From: an uncultured Eubacteriales bacterium
GTDB lineage: Bacteria > Bacillota > Clostridia > TANB77 > UBA1234
Assembly: GCA_949283575.1 (NCBI GenBank)
Contig: CASDSU010000028.1
Location: forward strand, 391,706-455,705
Direction: 5' to 3'
DNA: 64,000 nt
In this document: piece by piece, positions 8,881 to 17,428 of the stretch
How positions within the stretch are numbered: position 1 is the stretch's first letter
Layout of the letters: every line of letters starts with the position of its first letter
Translations under genes and position numbers: made by a program
The notes under the pieces: generated by a model
The model's input: the letters and a program-made list of their open reading frames with translations, nothing else
What the model was told of the DNA's origin: nothing
The model's database searches: none

Positions 8881-8976
8881 AAATTGTTTCCGAAAATTAA
8901 ACCTTTTATTCAATCCAAATAAATTGGATGTTATATATTATGCGAAAAAATAAAATTATGTTAATTTCTGCAAATT

Positions 8977-9005
8977 CTTGATTTAAAGATGAACATATGG
9001 TAAAA
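8977..9005 (+). promoter_or_regulatory. Sigma-A-type promoter for the 9039 gene
   Basis: TTGATT (8977-8982), 17-nt spacer, TAAAAT (9000-9005). Confidence 0.6.
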
Positions 9006-9038
9006 TATAGAAGAATTTGTAGAAAAAGGAGCTTTTTT

Positions 9039-10331
9039 ATGGAAGTAAAATTTTTGAATCAACCTAAAGAAGTAAAACTAGGAGATATTCTTAAAGAACG
9101 TTTGAAAGGCGATTTTGATGAAATATACATGATAGCGGGAGTGGTGAAAGATACTGGAGTTGAGGATGTTTATGATGATATCCTTGAAGCTATAAAAGCA
9201 CCTAAAAAAATTAATATGTGTATCGGAATCGATAGAAAAAACACATCAAAAGATATGCTTATGAAGCTTTTAGAAGCTGGATGTACTTTAAGTGTTCATA
9301 TAAATGTTGATGGAAGTAAAGTTGAGTCAAGAGCTTTCATTTTTGAAAAAGAAAATGGAACTTCATATATTTATGTTACTGGAGCTAAATTTTCATCTGG
9401 TGGCTTGTTTGAAAATGCGTGTGTAATTACGGAAATCAAATATGATTCATCAGAGCAAAAAGCTTTTGAAACGGCGAAGAATAACATATTACAAGGTGTT
9501 GTTTCTGAATTTCATCAAATAGATAGAGATGAAATAATTTTACTAGCTGAAAAAGGTGAAATTGTTGCAAGAATTACTGAAAGAAAAATTCCTAGAATCA
9601 CTGAAATGTATGGAACATCTGGAACAGAACAACTTATTGGTGAACAAGTTTACGATGAGAGTACAAGCACACAAACAATTAATTTTAATGAGCTTGCTGA
9701 GATAGAGATAGATCTAGAACCTGGTATTGTTATGAGAAAAAATGTTGAACTTGCTGCGGAGAGTGAAGCAAAAAAAGAAAGAGAAGAAAAGGAAAAATTG
9801 CTTAAGTCGTTAAAAAAGACAGAAAGCGATTTGGATAAATTGTATGGCAAAAAAGATCCAGTAGAGGATACAAAGAAAAAAACTTCAATTCGTATGTCTG
9901 ATGAGATTGACTATGAAAATATGACAACTTTGATAATTGAATCAAATAAAATTATTGAAAAAGGTGCAGGCGCAGGAGAATTTAAGTTGCCAAAATCGCT
10001 TGCAGACAACATGATTAAATATTTTGATGGTGAAGACGCATTCGAGCAAAACAAGTCTGTTGTTAAGTTTGATATTTTGGATAACAAAGAAAATACAGAA
10101 GTTGTTGATGAAAATGTTGAGATTATAAGATCTGATAAGGGTATTTCAATTAAATCGGAAGCATTGATAAAACTTGAATTGACCGAGGGTGATATTGTTC
10201 GTTTAATAAAAGAAGGCGAAAAGACTTATAAATGTGAAATTATTAGAAAAGAGACTGAAGAATACAACATTTGGAGTTGCTATTGCGTGCATTCAGTAAG
10301 AGGACAAAAAAGAAAATATGGAGTGATTTAA
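9039..10331 (+). CDS. Hypothetical 430-aa protein: PLD-like N-terminal fold lacking HxK, charged central linker, B3/AbrB-like C-terminal motif
   Basis: AAGGAG at 9026-9031, 7 nt before ATG 9039. The track start at 8997 lies upstream of the promoter -10. The domain guesses come from pattern memory only. Confidence 0.7.
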   Translation: MEVKFLNQPKEVKLGDILKERLKGDFDEIYMIAGVVKDTGVEDVYDDILEAIKAPKKINMCIGIDRKNTSKDMLMKLLEAGCTLSVHINVDGSKVESRAFIFEKENGTSYIYVTGAKFSSGGLFENACVITEIKYDSSEQKAFETAKNNILQGVVSEFHQIDRDEIILLAEKGEIVARITERKIPRITEMYGTSGTEQLIGEQVYDESTSTQTINFNELAEIEIDLEPGIVMRKNVELAAESEAKKEREEKEKLLKSLKKTESDLDKLYGKKDPVEDTKKKTSIRMSDEIDYENMTTLIIESNKIIEKGAGAGEFKLPKSLADNMIKYFDGEDAFEQNKSVVKFDILDNKENTEVVDENVEIIRSDKGISIKSEALIKLELTEGDIVRLIKEGEKTYKCEIIRKETEEYNIWSCYCVHSVRGQKRKYGVI

Positions 10332-10342
10332 GAAATATAAGG

Positions 10343-10382
10343 AAAGACACATCTGCTTTGAAGAGCAGATGTGTCTTTTTTT
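10343..10382 (+). terminator. Intrinsic terminator
   Basis: AAAGACACATCTGCT-TTGAAG-AGCAGATGTGTCTTT followed by a T-run. Confidence 0.85.
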
Positions 10383-10684
10383 GACTTTAGATGGTGCGTG
10401 TTGTGCATCCAATGAAGGAAGATTGCGTCCTTTTTGATGGGACTGAGTTGCTTTGAGGTGTCGCTATGATAATACTGTTACAACAGAGATACGTGCGTAA
10501 GAGAATTTTTACTTCGCGATTATATCACGTTTTGTTCACATAATCAAGCAAGGCGAAACACCAGGGACGTCCGTTAAATGTGTCACTTACAACTTAAAAA
10601 CCTTACGGAAGGTCTTGAAATCGAGTTTCTATATAGATATAATTATTCTCATAAAGAATTACAAAAGATAGGGGTAAAAGTAAA

Positions 10685-10939
10685 ATGAGTGATAAAAGAT
10701 ATTGGGTATTTTTAATATTTTTATTTTCTGGAATCATCATTGGAGGGTTACTTGGAGAACTTGCAAGTAAGGTTTCTTTTTTGTCATGGCTTGCGTATGG
10801 AAAAAGTTTTGGTCTAACAGATCCATTAGTTTTGGACATAAATATATTAAAAATTTCGTTTGGTTTCTTGGTTGAACTAAATGTTGCAAGTATTATAGGA
10901 ATTCTTATTGCGATGCTTTTATATAAAAAAGCTAGATAG
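10685..10939 (+). CDS. Small two-helix membrane protein (DUF4321-like)
   Basis: 84 aa with two hydrophobic segments (WVFLIFLFSGIIIGGLLG, VASIIGILIAMLLY). It sits upstream of radC-mreB, a position where I recall similar small membrane genes in Clostridia. Confidence 0.6.
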   Translation: MSDKRYWVFLIFLFSGIIIGGLLGELASKVSFLSWLAYGKSFGLTDPLVLDINILKISFGFLVELNVASIIGILIAMLLYKKAR

Positions 10940-11011
10940 AGAGACTTTTGGAAGAGCGGCGCGATTTTGAAATAAAATTTGGGGGGCAAATTCTTTATAG
11001 AAAGGAATTTT

Positions 11012-11695
11012 ATGAGAATTAGAGATTTGCCAGAAACAGAAAAACCATATGAGAAAATTGAAAATTATGGAGCAGAATGTTTATCAAATGCAGAACTTCT
11101 AGCAGTAATAATTAAGTCTGGAACGAAAAATGTTACAGCTGTAGAAATTGCACAGCAGATTTTATTGTTAGATAAAGAAAATCAGGGGCTTGGTTTTCTA
11201 AAAAATGTATCACTTGAGGATTTGCAGAATATAAATGGGCTAGGAAGGGTAAAATCTATACAGATGAAAGCGCTTGCTGAGTTTGCGATTAGATTTTCGA
11301 AGCCGCAGACTATTGTTAGAAAAGCGATAACTAGTCCAGAAGATGTTGCAGAAATTTTGATGGCAGAGTTGAAAAATGAGTCGCAAGAAATTGTCAAAAC
11401 TTTGATTTTGAATAATCAAAACGAGCTTATAAGAATTGTGACAAATGCAGTTGGATCGGGAAATTCATCGTATATCGAGATTAAGGATATTTTTAAAGAA
11501 GCGATTAAATCAAGTGCGACAAAAATCATAGTTGTACATAATCATCCGAGTGGATCAATAGAGCCAAGTTTAGAGGATATTAAGTTTACGTATAAAGTGA
11601 AAGATGCTGGTGAGCTTATAGGAATTGAGTTAATAGACCATGTAATCATTGGGAATAGTAAGTTTGCTAGTTTGAAAAGATTGAATAAGTTTTAA
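11012..11695 (+). CDS. radC: RadC-family JAMM protein
   Basis: An HhH-like N-terminus and the JAMM motif VVHNHPSGSIEPSLEDI. AAAGGAA upstream of ATG 11012. Confidence 0.9.
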   Translation: MRIRDLPETEKPYEKIENYGAECLSNAELLAVIIKSGTKNVTAVEIAQQILLLDKENQGLGFLKNVSLEDLQNINGLGRVKSIQMKALAEFAIRFSKPQTIVRKAITSPEDVAEILMAELKNESQEIVKTLILNNQNELIRIVTNAVGSGNSSYIEIKDIFKEAIKSSATKIIVVHNHPSGSIEPSLEDIKFTYKVKDAGELIGIELIDHVIIGNSKFASLKRLNKF

Positions 11696-11722
11696 AGTGC
11701 AGAGGAAATAGGAGGTTTTGAA

Positions 11723-12745
11723 ATGGGCTTTTTTGCAAAGGATATTGGAATTGATTTGGGAACGGCAAATACGCTTGTACACTTGAAGGGAAAGGGAATA
11801 ATTATTAGAGAACCATCGGTTGTTGCAATCGATAAATATTCTGGTGAAGTTGTTGCTGTTGGTACAGAAGCGAAAGAAATGCTTGGTCGTACTCCTGAAA
11901 ATTTGAATGCAATAAGGCCTCTTAAAGACGGAGTAATAGCTGATTTCACGGCGACGAAGATGATGCTTAAATATTTGGTGGACAAAGCATGTCAAAGATA
12001 TGTTATTGCAAGACCAAGAGTTGTTGTTTGTGTACCAACAGGTGTTACTGAAGTTGAGGAACGTGCGGTTGAAGAAGCGACACTTAATGCGGGCGCGAGA
12101 GAAGCTTATCTTATGGAAGAACCTCTTGCTGCAGCGATTGGCGCGGGACTTAGAATCAGTGATCCTAGCGGAACGATGATAGTTGATATCGGTGGTGGTA
12201 CAAGTGAAATTTGCGTAATCTCGCTTGGTGGAATTGTTACAAGTCGTTCACTTAGAGTTGCTGGTGATGAGATGAATGAAGCGATTGTTGACTATATCAA
12301 GAAAAAATATAATGTTGCGATTGGTGAAACAACTGCCGAAGAAATTAAAGTGAGCATTGGGTGTGCTTATCCTTCAATGACTACAGAGGAGATGGATATA
12401 AAGGGAAGAGATTTTTCAACTGGTCTTCCTAAGACGATAACTATTTCTTCGATTGAAATTGAAGAAGCTACAAAAGAAGTTATTATGCAAATTATTGATG
12501 CAATTAAGATGACTCTTGAAAAGACACCTCCTGAGCTTGCTGCAGACATAATGGTTAATGGAATTACGCTTTCAGGTGGAGGAGCTTTGATTAAAAATTT
12601 TGATAGATTGCTTGCACTTGAGACTGGAATTCCTGTTAATATAGCTGAAAATCCGCTAGACTGTGTTGTTAAAGGTGCAGGAAAAGTTTTAGATGATTTA
12701 GATTCATTAAAAAGTGTTTTGATAAATTCAAGAAAAAGAAGATAG
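11723..12745 (+). CDS. mreB: Rod-shape actin homologue MreB
   Basis: IGIDLGTANTLV, DIGGGT and the GGGALIKNFDRLL motifs. AGGAGG RBS. Confidence 0.95.
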   Translation: MGFFAKDIGIDLGTANTLVHLKGKGIIIREPSVVAIDKYSGEVVAVGTEAKEMLGRTPENLNAIRPLKDGVIADFTATKMMLKYLVDKACQRYVIARPRVVVCVPTGVTEVEERAVEEATLNAGAREAYLMEEPLAAAIGAGLRISDPSGTMIVDIGGGTSEICVISLGGIVTSRSLRVAGDEMNEAIVDYIKKKYNVAIGETTAEEIKVSIGCAYPSMTTEEMDIKGRDFSTGLPKTITISSIEIEEATKEVIMQIIDAIKMTLEKTPPELAADIMVNGITLSGGGALIKNFDRLLALETGIPVNIAENPLDCVVKGAGKVLDDLDSLKSVLINSRKRR

Positions 12746-12757
12746 GAGGATAGAGTA

Positions 12758-13612
12758 ATGCAAAGTAAATGGATGAAGACGATTTTTTCGATAATTGCTA
12801 TAATTGTACTGTTTACGTGCATTGCTTTAACTAATAATAATCCTAGAAAAGTTACTCTTGTTGAAAGTATTGTTAGCGATATTTTTTCATTCCCACAAAG
12901 GCTTTATGCAAGCGCAAAAGCATATGTGACTTCTAATGATGAGTTTTTTGCAGATGTGGACGCCTTGAAAAAAGAGAATGAAGAGTTGAAGGCAAGAATT
13001 GAAGAACTTGAGAAAATTGCAATAAATTATGAGCAGGTGAAAGCTGAGAATGACGTGATGATAAGCCATTTGAAGCTTGCGGATAAGTATCAAGATCATG
13101 ACTTAATTATTGCGGATATTATTTCGGATTCAGCCACAAATTGGGAAGCGACGTATATTGTTAACAAGGGGGAACGAGATGGTGTAATGCCTGGAATGAC
13201 AGTGATTGCTGAAAAAGGCTTGGTTGGTTATGTTGAGACTGTTACTAAGACGACAGCTAAAATAATTTCGATTTTGGATGCTGGAAATTCAGTAAGCTCA
13301 CGAGTTTCGAGAACTCGCGATGAAGTAATATGCAAAGGAAGTATTTCTTCGTCAGAAAAACAAGAATTGAAAGTAATGAATATCCCAATGGGTACGACAC
13401 TTATAGAGGGCGACAAACTTGAAACATCTGGTGTTGGAGGAATTTATCCGAAGGGAATAAGTATAGGAACGATAACTGAAGTAATAAATAAAACAAATCC
13501 GATAGAAAATGAGGCGATAATAAAGACAGAAGTTGATTTCGGAAAGCTTGAAACAGTTGGAATAATTGTAATTGAAAGTGAGGATATAAATGGAGAAGAA
13601 ACTATTAGTTAG
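12758..13612 (+). CDS. mreC: Rod shape-determining protein MreC
   Basis: N-terminal TM segment, a coiled coil (LKKENEELKARIEELE), then MreC beta domains (GMPVIAEKGLVGYV.., GGIYPKGISIGTI). Confidence 0.9.
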   Translation: MQSKWMKTIFSIIAIIVLFTCIALTNNNPRKVTLVESIVSDIFSFPQRLYASAKAYVTSNDEFFADVDALKKENEELKARIEELEKIAINYEQVKAENDVMISHLKLADKYQDHDLIIADIISDSATNWEATYIVNKGERDGVMPGMTVIAEKGLVGYVETVTKTTAKIISILDAGNSVSSRVSRTRDEVICKGSISSSEKQELKVMNIPMGTTLIEGDKLETSGVGGIYPKGISIGTITEVINKTNPIENEAIIKTEVDFGKLETVGIIVIESEDINGEETIS

Positions 13613-14114
13613 CTTAATCGTGTTCATGCTTATATGTATTGCATTATGGTTTCAAATCAACTTCATTAATATCTTCACTTTTTTTGGAGCTACTGCAAAT
13701 CTTGGAATCATTATTGTTGTTGGGATTGGTCTTTTGTCGGGAAAGATACCTGGTGCTTTAACAGGTGCAGCATATGGTTTTTTGACAGATGTATTGTTTG
13801 GAAAAAGCATAGGGATTTATTTTTTGATATATACACTTTTAGGATTCACAAGTGGCGAAATGAGCAGAGGTTTTTCAAAAGACAACAAACTTTCGATGGT
13901 CTATATGGTTGCTTTATTTACTGTGATTACAGAGCTTGTGACTAATTTTGCTTTTATTATTTTGTATGGATATGATTTAGAAGTTGCTGCAGTTTTGAAG
14001 TTGATAATAAAAGAAACTATATATAACATGATACTGGCAAGGTTATTATTTAAGCCGATGACGGGACTTGGGGAGATAATAAACAAGTGTAAAAATAGTT
14101 ATTACTTACTTTAA
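13590..14114 (+). CDS. mreD: Rod shape-determining protein MreD
   Basis: 5-TM small protein whose start overlaps the mreC end. Assignment rests on position and hydrophobic profile. Confidence 0.8.
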   Translation: MEKKLLVSLIVFMLICIALWFQINFINIFTFFGATANLGIIIVVGIGLLSGKIPGALTGAAYGFLTDVLFGKSIGIYFLIYTLLGFTSGEMSRGFSKDNKLSMVYMVALFTVITELVTNFAFIILYGYDLEVAAVLKLIIKETIYNMILARLLFKPMTGLGEIINKCKNSYYLL

Positions 14115-14119
14115 TTTTT

Positions 14120-14144
14120 GGACAAAAGCCACGTCCCCTTGTCC
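14120..14144 (+). repeat. GGACAA hairpin repeat copy
   Basis: GGACAAAAGCCACGTCCCCTTGTCC, extended by TTTT/AAAA flanks. Starts 5 nt after the mreD stop and ends 24 nt before the pbp2 ATG. Confidence 0.85.
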
Positions 14145-14168
14145 AAAAGTTTTCGAAAGGAGCGTGTT

Positions 14169-16277
14169 ATGAAAGGCGAATCAGGAATAAGATTTAATAT
14201 ATTAATTGTTTTTATTTTAATGATTGGTATTATTTTTATTTTTCAACTATATAATTTGCAGATCGTGAATGGTGCAAGTTATAGAGAACAGTCGGAGAAT
14301 AGACTGGTTAGAGAAATCAAAGTCACAGCTCCGAGAGGCGAGATTTATGATAGGTATGGAAAGCTGATTGTGACGAGTGTTACAGGATATAATGTGAATT
14401 TGTATTACACGAAGATTCCAAAGACGGAGCTGAATGTAGGTCTTTTGAAGCTTGCGAATATTCTTGAAAAGAATGGTGATACATATTATACCAATTTCCC
14501 ACTTGATTTTGAGACGATGACGTTTACTAAAAGTGAGGAAGGCGCAAAGACGTGGAAACAAAGCAATAAGATTAGTGGTGATGCGTCGGAGTATGAAGTC
14601 ATCGAATTTTTTAAAAAGAAATATGAGATTGAAAATGAAGATATGACTGAAATTCAAAAGATTATAAATATGCGCTATGAAATTGCGACGAAGGGATATT
14701 CAAGCTTTAAAAGTGTTACGCTTGCGAAAGAGATTTCTAAGGAGAGTATGCTTGAGATTGAAGAATGTGGGAATGAGCTTCCAGGGGTTGTTGTGACTAC
14801 ATATCCAATAAGAAAGTACGTGGCTGAAAATGTTGGTTCTCACATCGTTGGATATGTTGGAAAAATCAGTAGCGATGAGTATAAAGCAAGAAAAGAAAGT
14901 GGTTATTCACAAAATGATATTATCGGAAAAGCTGGTATTGAAGCTACTTTAGAAGATTATTTGAGAGGCGAAGATGGAGTTACTAGGCTTGAGATGGATT
15001 CAGATGGGCGTGTGACAAGCAAGGAAGAAGTTGAAGCTAGTAAAATGGGTGACAGTGTTGTTTTGACGATTGATTTAGATCTTCAAACTAAGGCAGAAGA
15101 AGTTCTTGCCAAATACATTGAAAAGATACGTACGGGTGGATTTGCAGAGAAATGTGAAGATGCAAATGCAGGATCACTTGTTGTTATAGATACGAAAACA
15201 TCTGAGGTTCTTGCGCTTGCAAGTTATCCAAATTACAATCCAGATGAATTTACAAATGGAATTAGTAATACAGAATATGAAAAATATTTTTCAAATGTGG
15301 ATATGCCAATGTTTAATCGTGCGATTCAAGGTACGTATTCGCCTGGTTCAACTTTTAAGATGGTTACAGCAATTGCAGCGATTGAGTCTGGCGTGATTGG
15401 CCTTACGGAGCAGATTTTAACGCATGGTAAGTATGATAAAGGACACAAGCCAGCGTGTTGGATTTGGAATGGTTATAGATCGACACATGGAAATGTTGAT
15501 GCAGAAAAGGCTTTGAAAGTATCTTGCAATTATTATTTCTATGAGGTAGGATACAGGATGGGAATTGATGTATTATCTAAGTATGCAAGTATGTTTGGTC
15601 TTGGATCAAAAACTGGAATTGAATTGTTTGGAGAATCAGCTGGTACATTGGCTTCGCGTGAATACATTAATAAGTTAAACGAACGAGATGGAAAGAACAG
15701 ACAGTGGATGATTGCAGATACATTATCTTCTTCTATTGGACAGTCATACAATAGTTTCACACCATTGCAAATGGCATATTATGTAGCTACTCTTGCAAAC
15801 GGGGGAGTAAAGAATGAACTTACATTACTTAAGGACGTGATTTCACCTGAGGGCAACGAAGTTTCAATGATGTCAGTTGATACAAACGTTGATGCGAAGA
15901 TTGGAAAAACCGAAAGTACAGCGGCTGACTTAGAAATAGACCAAGCAACACTTGATGTTGTATTCGAAGGAATGAGATCAGTTACTGGAGAGACAGGTGG
16001 AACAGCATATAGCACATTCAGTTCGTTCCCAATTGAGGTAGCTGGAAAAACAGGAACAGCTACGCCAAGCTCGGGTTCAGATCATGCATGGTTCGTAGGA
16101 TTTGCACCATACGACAATCCGGAAATCGCAGTAGTATGCGTAATAGAACACGGTGGCCATGGTTCATACACCGCACCAGCAGTAAAAGAAGTAATGGAAG
16201 AATACTTTGGATACAACAATGATGAAGTGAGTGAGAAGTTAGAGTTACGCTCATTGGATGATGTTTTGATGAATTAA
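14169..16277 (+). CDS. mrdA: Penicillin-binding protein 2 (elongation transpeptidase)
   Basis: AAAGGAG 6 nt before ATG 14169. The track TTG at 14118 lies inside the repeat. N-terminal TM segment, then SPGSTFK (SxxK), SCN (SxN) and KTGTA (KTG). Confidence 0.92.
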   Translation: MKGESGIRFNILIVFILMIGIIFIFQLYNLQIVNGASYREQSENRLVREIKVTAPRGEIYDRYGKLIVTSVTGYNVNLYYTKIPKTELNVGLLKLANILEKNGDTYYTNFPLDFETMTFTKSEEGAKTWKQSNKISGDASEYEVIEFFKKKYEIENEDMTEIQKIINMRYEIATKGYSSFKSVTLAKEISKESMLEIEECGNELPGVVVTTYPIRKYVAENVGSHIVGYVGKISSDEYKARKESGYSQNDIIGKAGIEATLEDYLRGEDGVTRLEMDSDGRVTSKEEVEASKMGDSVVLTIDLDLQTKAEEVLAKYIEKIRTGGFAEKCEDANAGSLVVIDTKTSEVLALASYPNYNPDEFTNGISNTEYEKYFSNVDMPMFNRAIQGTYSPGSTFKMVTAIAAIESGVIGLTEQILTHGKYDKGHKPACWIWNGYRSTHGNVDAEKALKVSCNYYFYEVGYRMGIDVLSKYASMFGLGSKTGIELFGESAGTLASREYINKLNERDGKNRQWMIADTLSSSIGQSYNSFTPLQMAYYVATLANGGVKNELTLLKDVISPEGNEVSMMSVDTNVDAKIGKTESTAADLEIDQATLDVVFEGMRSVTGETGGTAYSTFSSFPIEVAGKTGTATPSSGSDHAWFVGFAPYDNPEIAVVCVIEHGGHGSYTAPAVKEVMEEYFGYNNDEVSEKLELRSLDDVLMN

Positions 16278-16285
16278 TAAAAAAT

Positions 16286-16310
16286 GGACAAAAGCCCCGT
16301 CACTTTGTCT
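16286..16310 (+). repeat. GGACAA hairpin repeat copy
   Basis: GGACAAAAGCCCCGTCACTTTGTCT, 8 nt after the pbp2 stop and 19 nt before the minC ATG. Confidence 0.85.
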
Positions 16311-16329
16311 AGAAAAAAGGAGTTTTACT

Positions 16330-16947
16330 ATGAATACAGAAGTACTTTTTGAAAATAAGAATAATAAGTTGGTTATAACTTTGAATAAAGATTTAAGTTA
16401 TGCTGAAATTAAAGAAAAATTGGTTAAAATATTGGCAGCGTCAGATACGCTTTTTGATAAAGTTAAGCCACCAATAATCGTTACAGGAAAGAGACTATTA
16501 GATGGCGAGGAAACTGAAGTTGCAGCTTTAATAAATGAAAAAACAGATTTAGAAGTTAAGATAGAAAGACCTAAACAAATGGGACTTGCGACAATCAATA
16601 ATATTTTCACAAAAGATACTTCAATAACACAAACTAAAGTAATTAAGGGAATGCTAAGATCAGGTCGTAGAGTAGATTTTGAAGGAAGCATTGTTGTACT
16701 TGGCGACGTAAATTCGGGTGCGGAAATTATAGCAGAAGGAAATGTAATTGTGCTTGGAAAATTGAGAGGTTTTGCTCATGCAGGTGCGAAGGGTAATAGA
16801 AGCGCATTTATAGCTGCGAACGAAATAAATCCAACACAACTTAGAATTGCGGATATTATTATGAAGGCTAACATGGAAAAGGTTGATAATGGTGAAGGAT
16901 TTGAGTGTGCGAAGATAGAAATGGGAGAGATAAAGATAATTAAATAA
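16330..16947 (+). CDS. minC: Septum site-determining protein MinC
   Basis: C-terminal beta-helix motif GSIVVLGDVNSGAEIIAEGNVIVLGKLRGFAHAG. AAGGAG RBS. Confidence 0.9.
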   Translation: MNTEVLFENKNNKLVITLNKDLSYAEIKEKLVKILAASDTLFDKVKPPIIVTGKRLLDGEETEVAALINEKTDLEVKIERPKQMGLATINNIFTKDTSITQTKVIKGMLRSGRRVDFEGSIVVLGDVNSGAEIIAEGNVIVLGKLRGFAHAGAKGNRSAFIAANEINPTQLRIADIIMKANMEKVDNGEGFECAKIEMGEIKIIK

Positions 16948-16953
16948 AATAGG

Positions 16954-16992
16954 ATACTACCTAGGGTGATAAGCTTTAGGTAGTATTTTTTG
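16954..16992 (+). terminator. Intrinsic terminator after minC
   Basis: ATACTACCTA (16954-16963), a 13-nt loop, TAGGTAGTAT (16977-16986), then TTTTTT. Confidence 0.8.
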
Positions 16993-17027
16993 TCGAATTT
17001 TGTATAAAAATTTTCAATTTAGACATG

Positions 17028-17056
17028 TTGACGTTTAGTCACTAAGAAGAGATAAT
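17028..17056 (+). promoter_or_regulatory. Sigma-A-like promoter driving only a 39-codon ORF (17091-17210)
   Basis: TTGACG-17 nt-GATAAT. The downstream ORF MENNEAVNITSLNELYTLMLKREDRIYDAMNGLNKQRKT has a weak RBS and an out-of-frame continuation, so it may be a gene relic. Confidence 0.35.
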
Positions 17057-17381
17057 GTTATCATACTATTTTAAGAAAAGAGACATGCTTATGGAAAATA
17101 ATGAAGCTGTCAATATTACTAGTTTGAACGAACTTTATACACTTATGTTGAAGCGTGAGGACAGAATTTATGATGCAATGAATGGCTTAAACAAACAGAG
17201 GAAAACATAAACGACGATGTTATTCATGGGAAGGAATTCATAAGACTTAAAAACGATGTAGAAATATTTAAAAAATTGTATTATCTCAATGGTATAGTGC
17301 AAGAAAAGATAATATGGAAGATAATTGTGAAGGTGAGTAACTGAATGTATTTGGGGGATATAAAATGAATAAAATAAAATG

Positions 17382-17416
17382 AAAAGAACTATGCCAGGAG
17401 GACATAGTTCTTTTTT
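17382..17416. terminator. Bidirectional terminator 3' of the 17429 gene
   Basis: AAAAGAACTATG-CCAGGAGGA-CATAGTTCTTTT, with T/A runs on both sides. Confidence 0.75.
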
Positions 17417-17428
17417 ATATTTATCTTA

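Noticed and set aside
10603-10989. 128-aa minus-strand ORF
   Set aside because: Antisense to the DUF4321-like gene and to the radC RBS region. It has no RBS and a low-complexity antisense-type sequence.
14118-14168. Track start codons TTG 14118 (pbp2) and TTG 38358 (SLH protein), both giving N-termini M-D-K-(S/R)..
   Set aside because: Both lie inside GGACAA hairpin repeat copies. Downstream ATGs (14169, 38403) have canonical AGGAG-type RBSs and give proper TM or signal N-termini.
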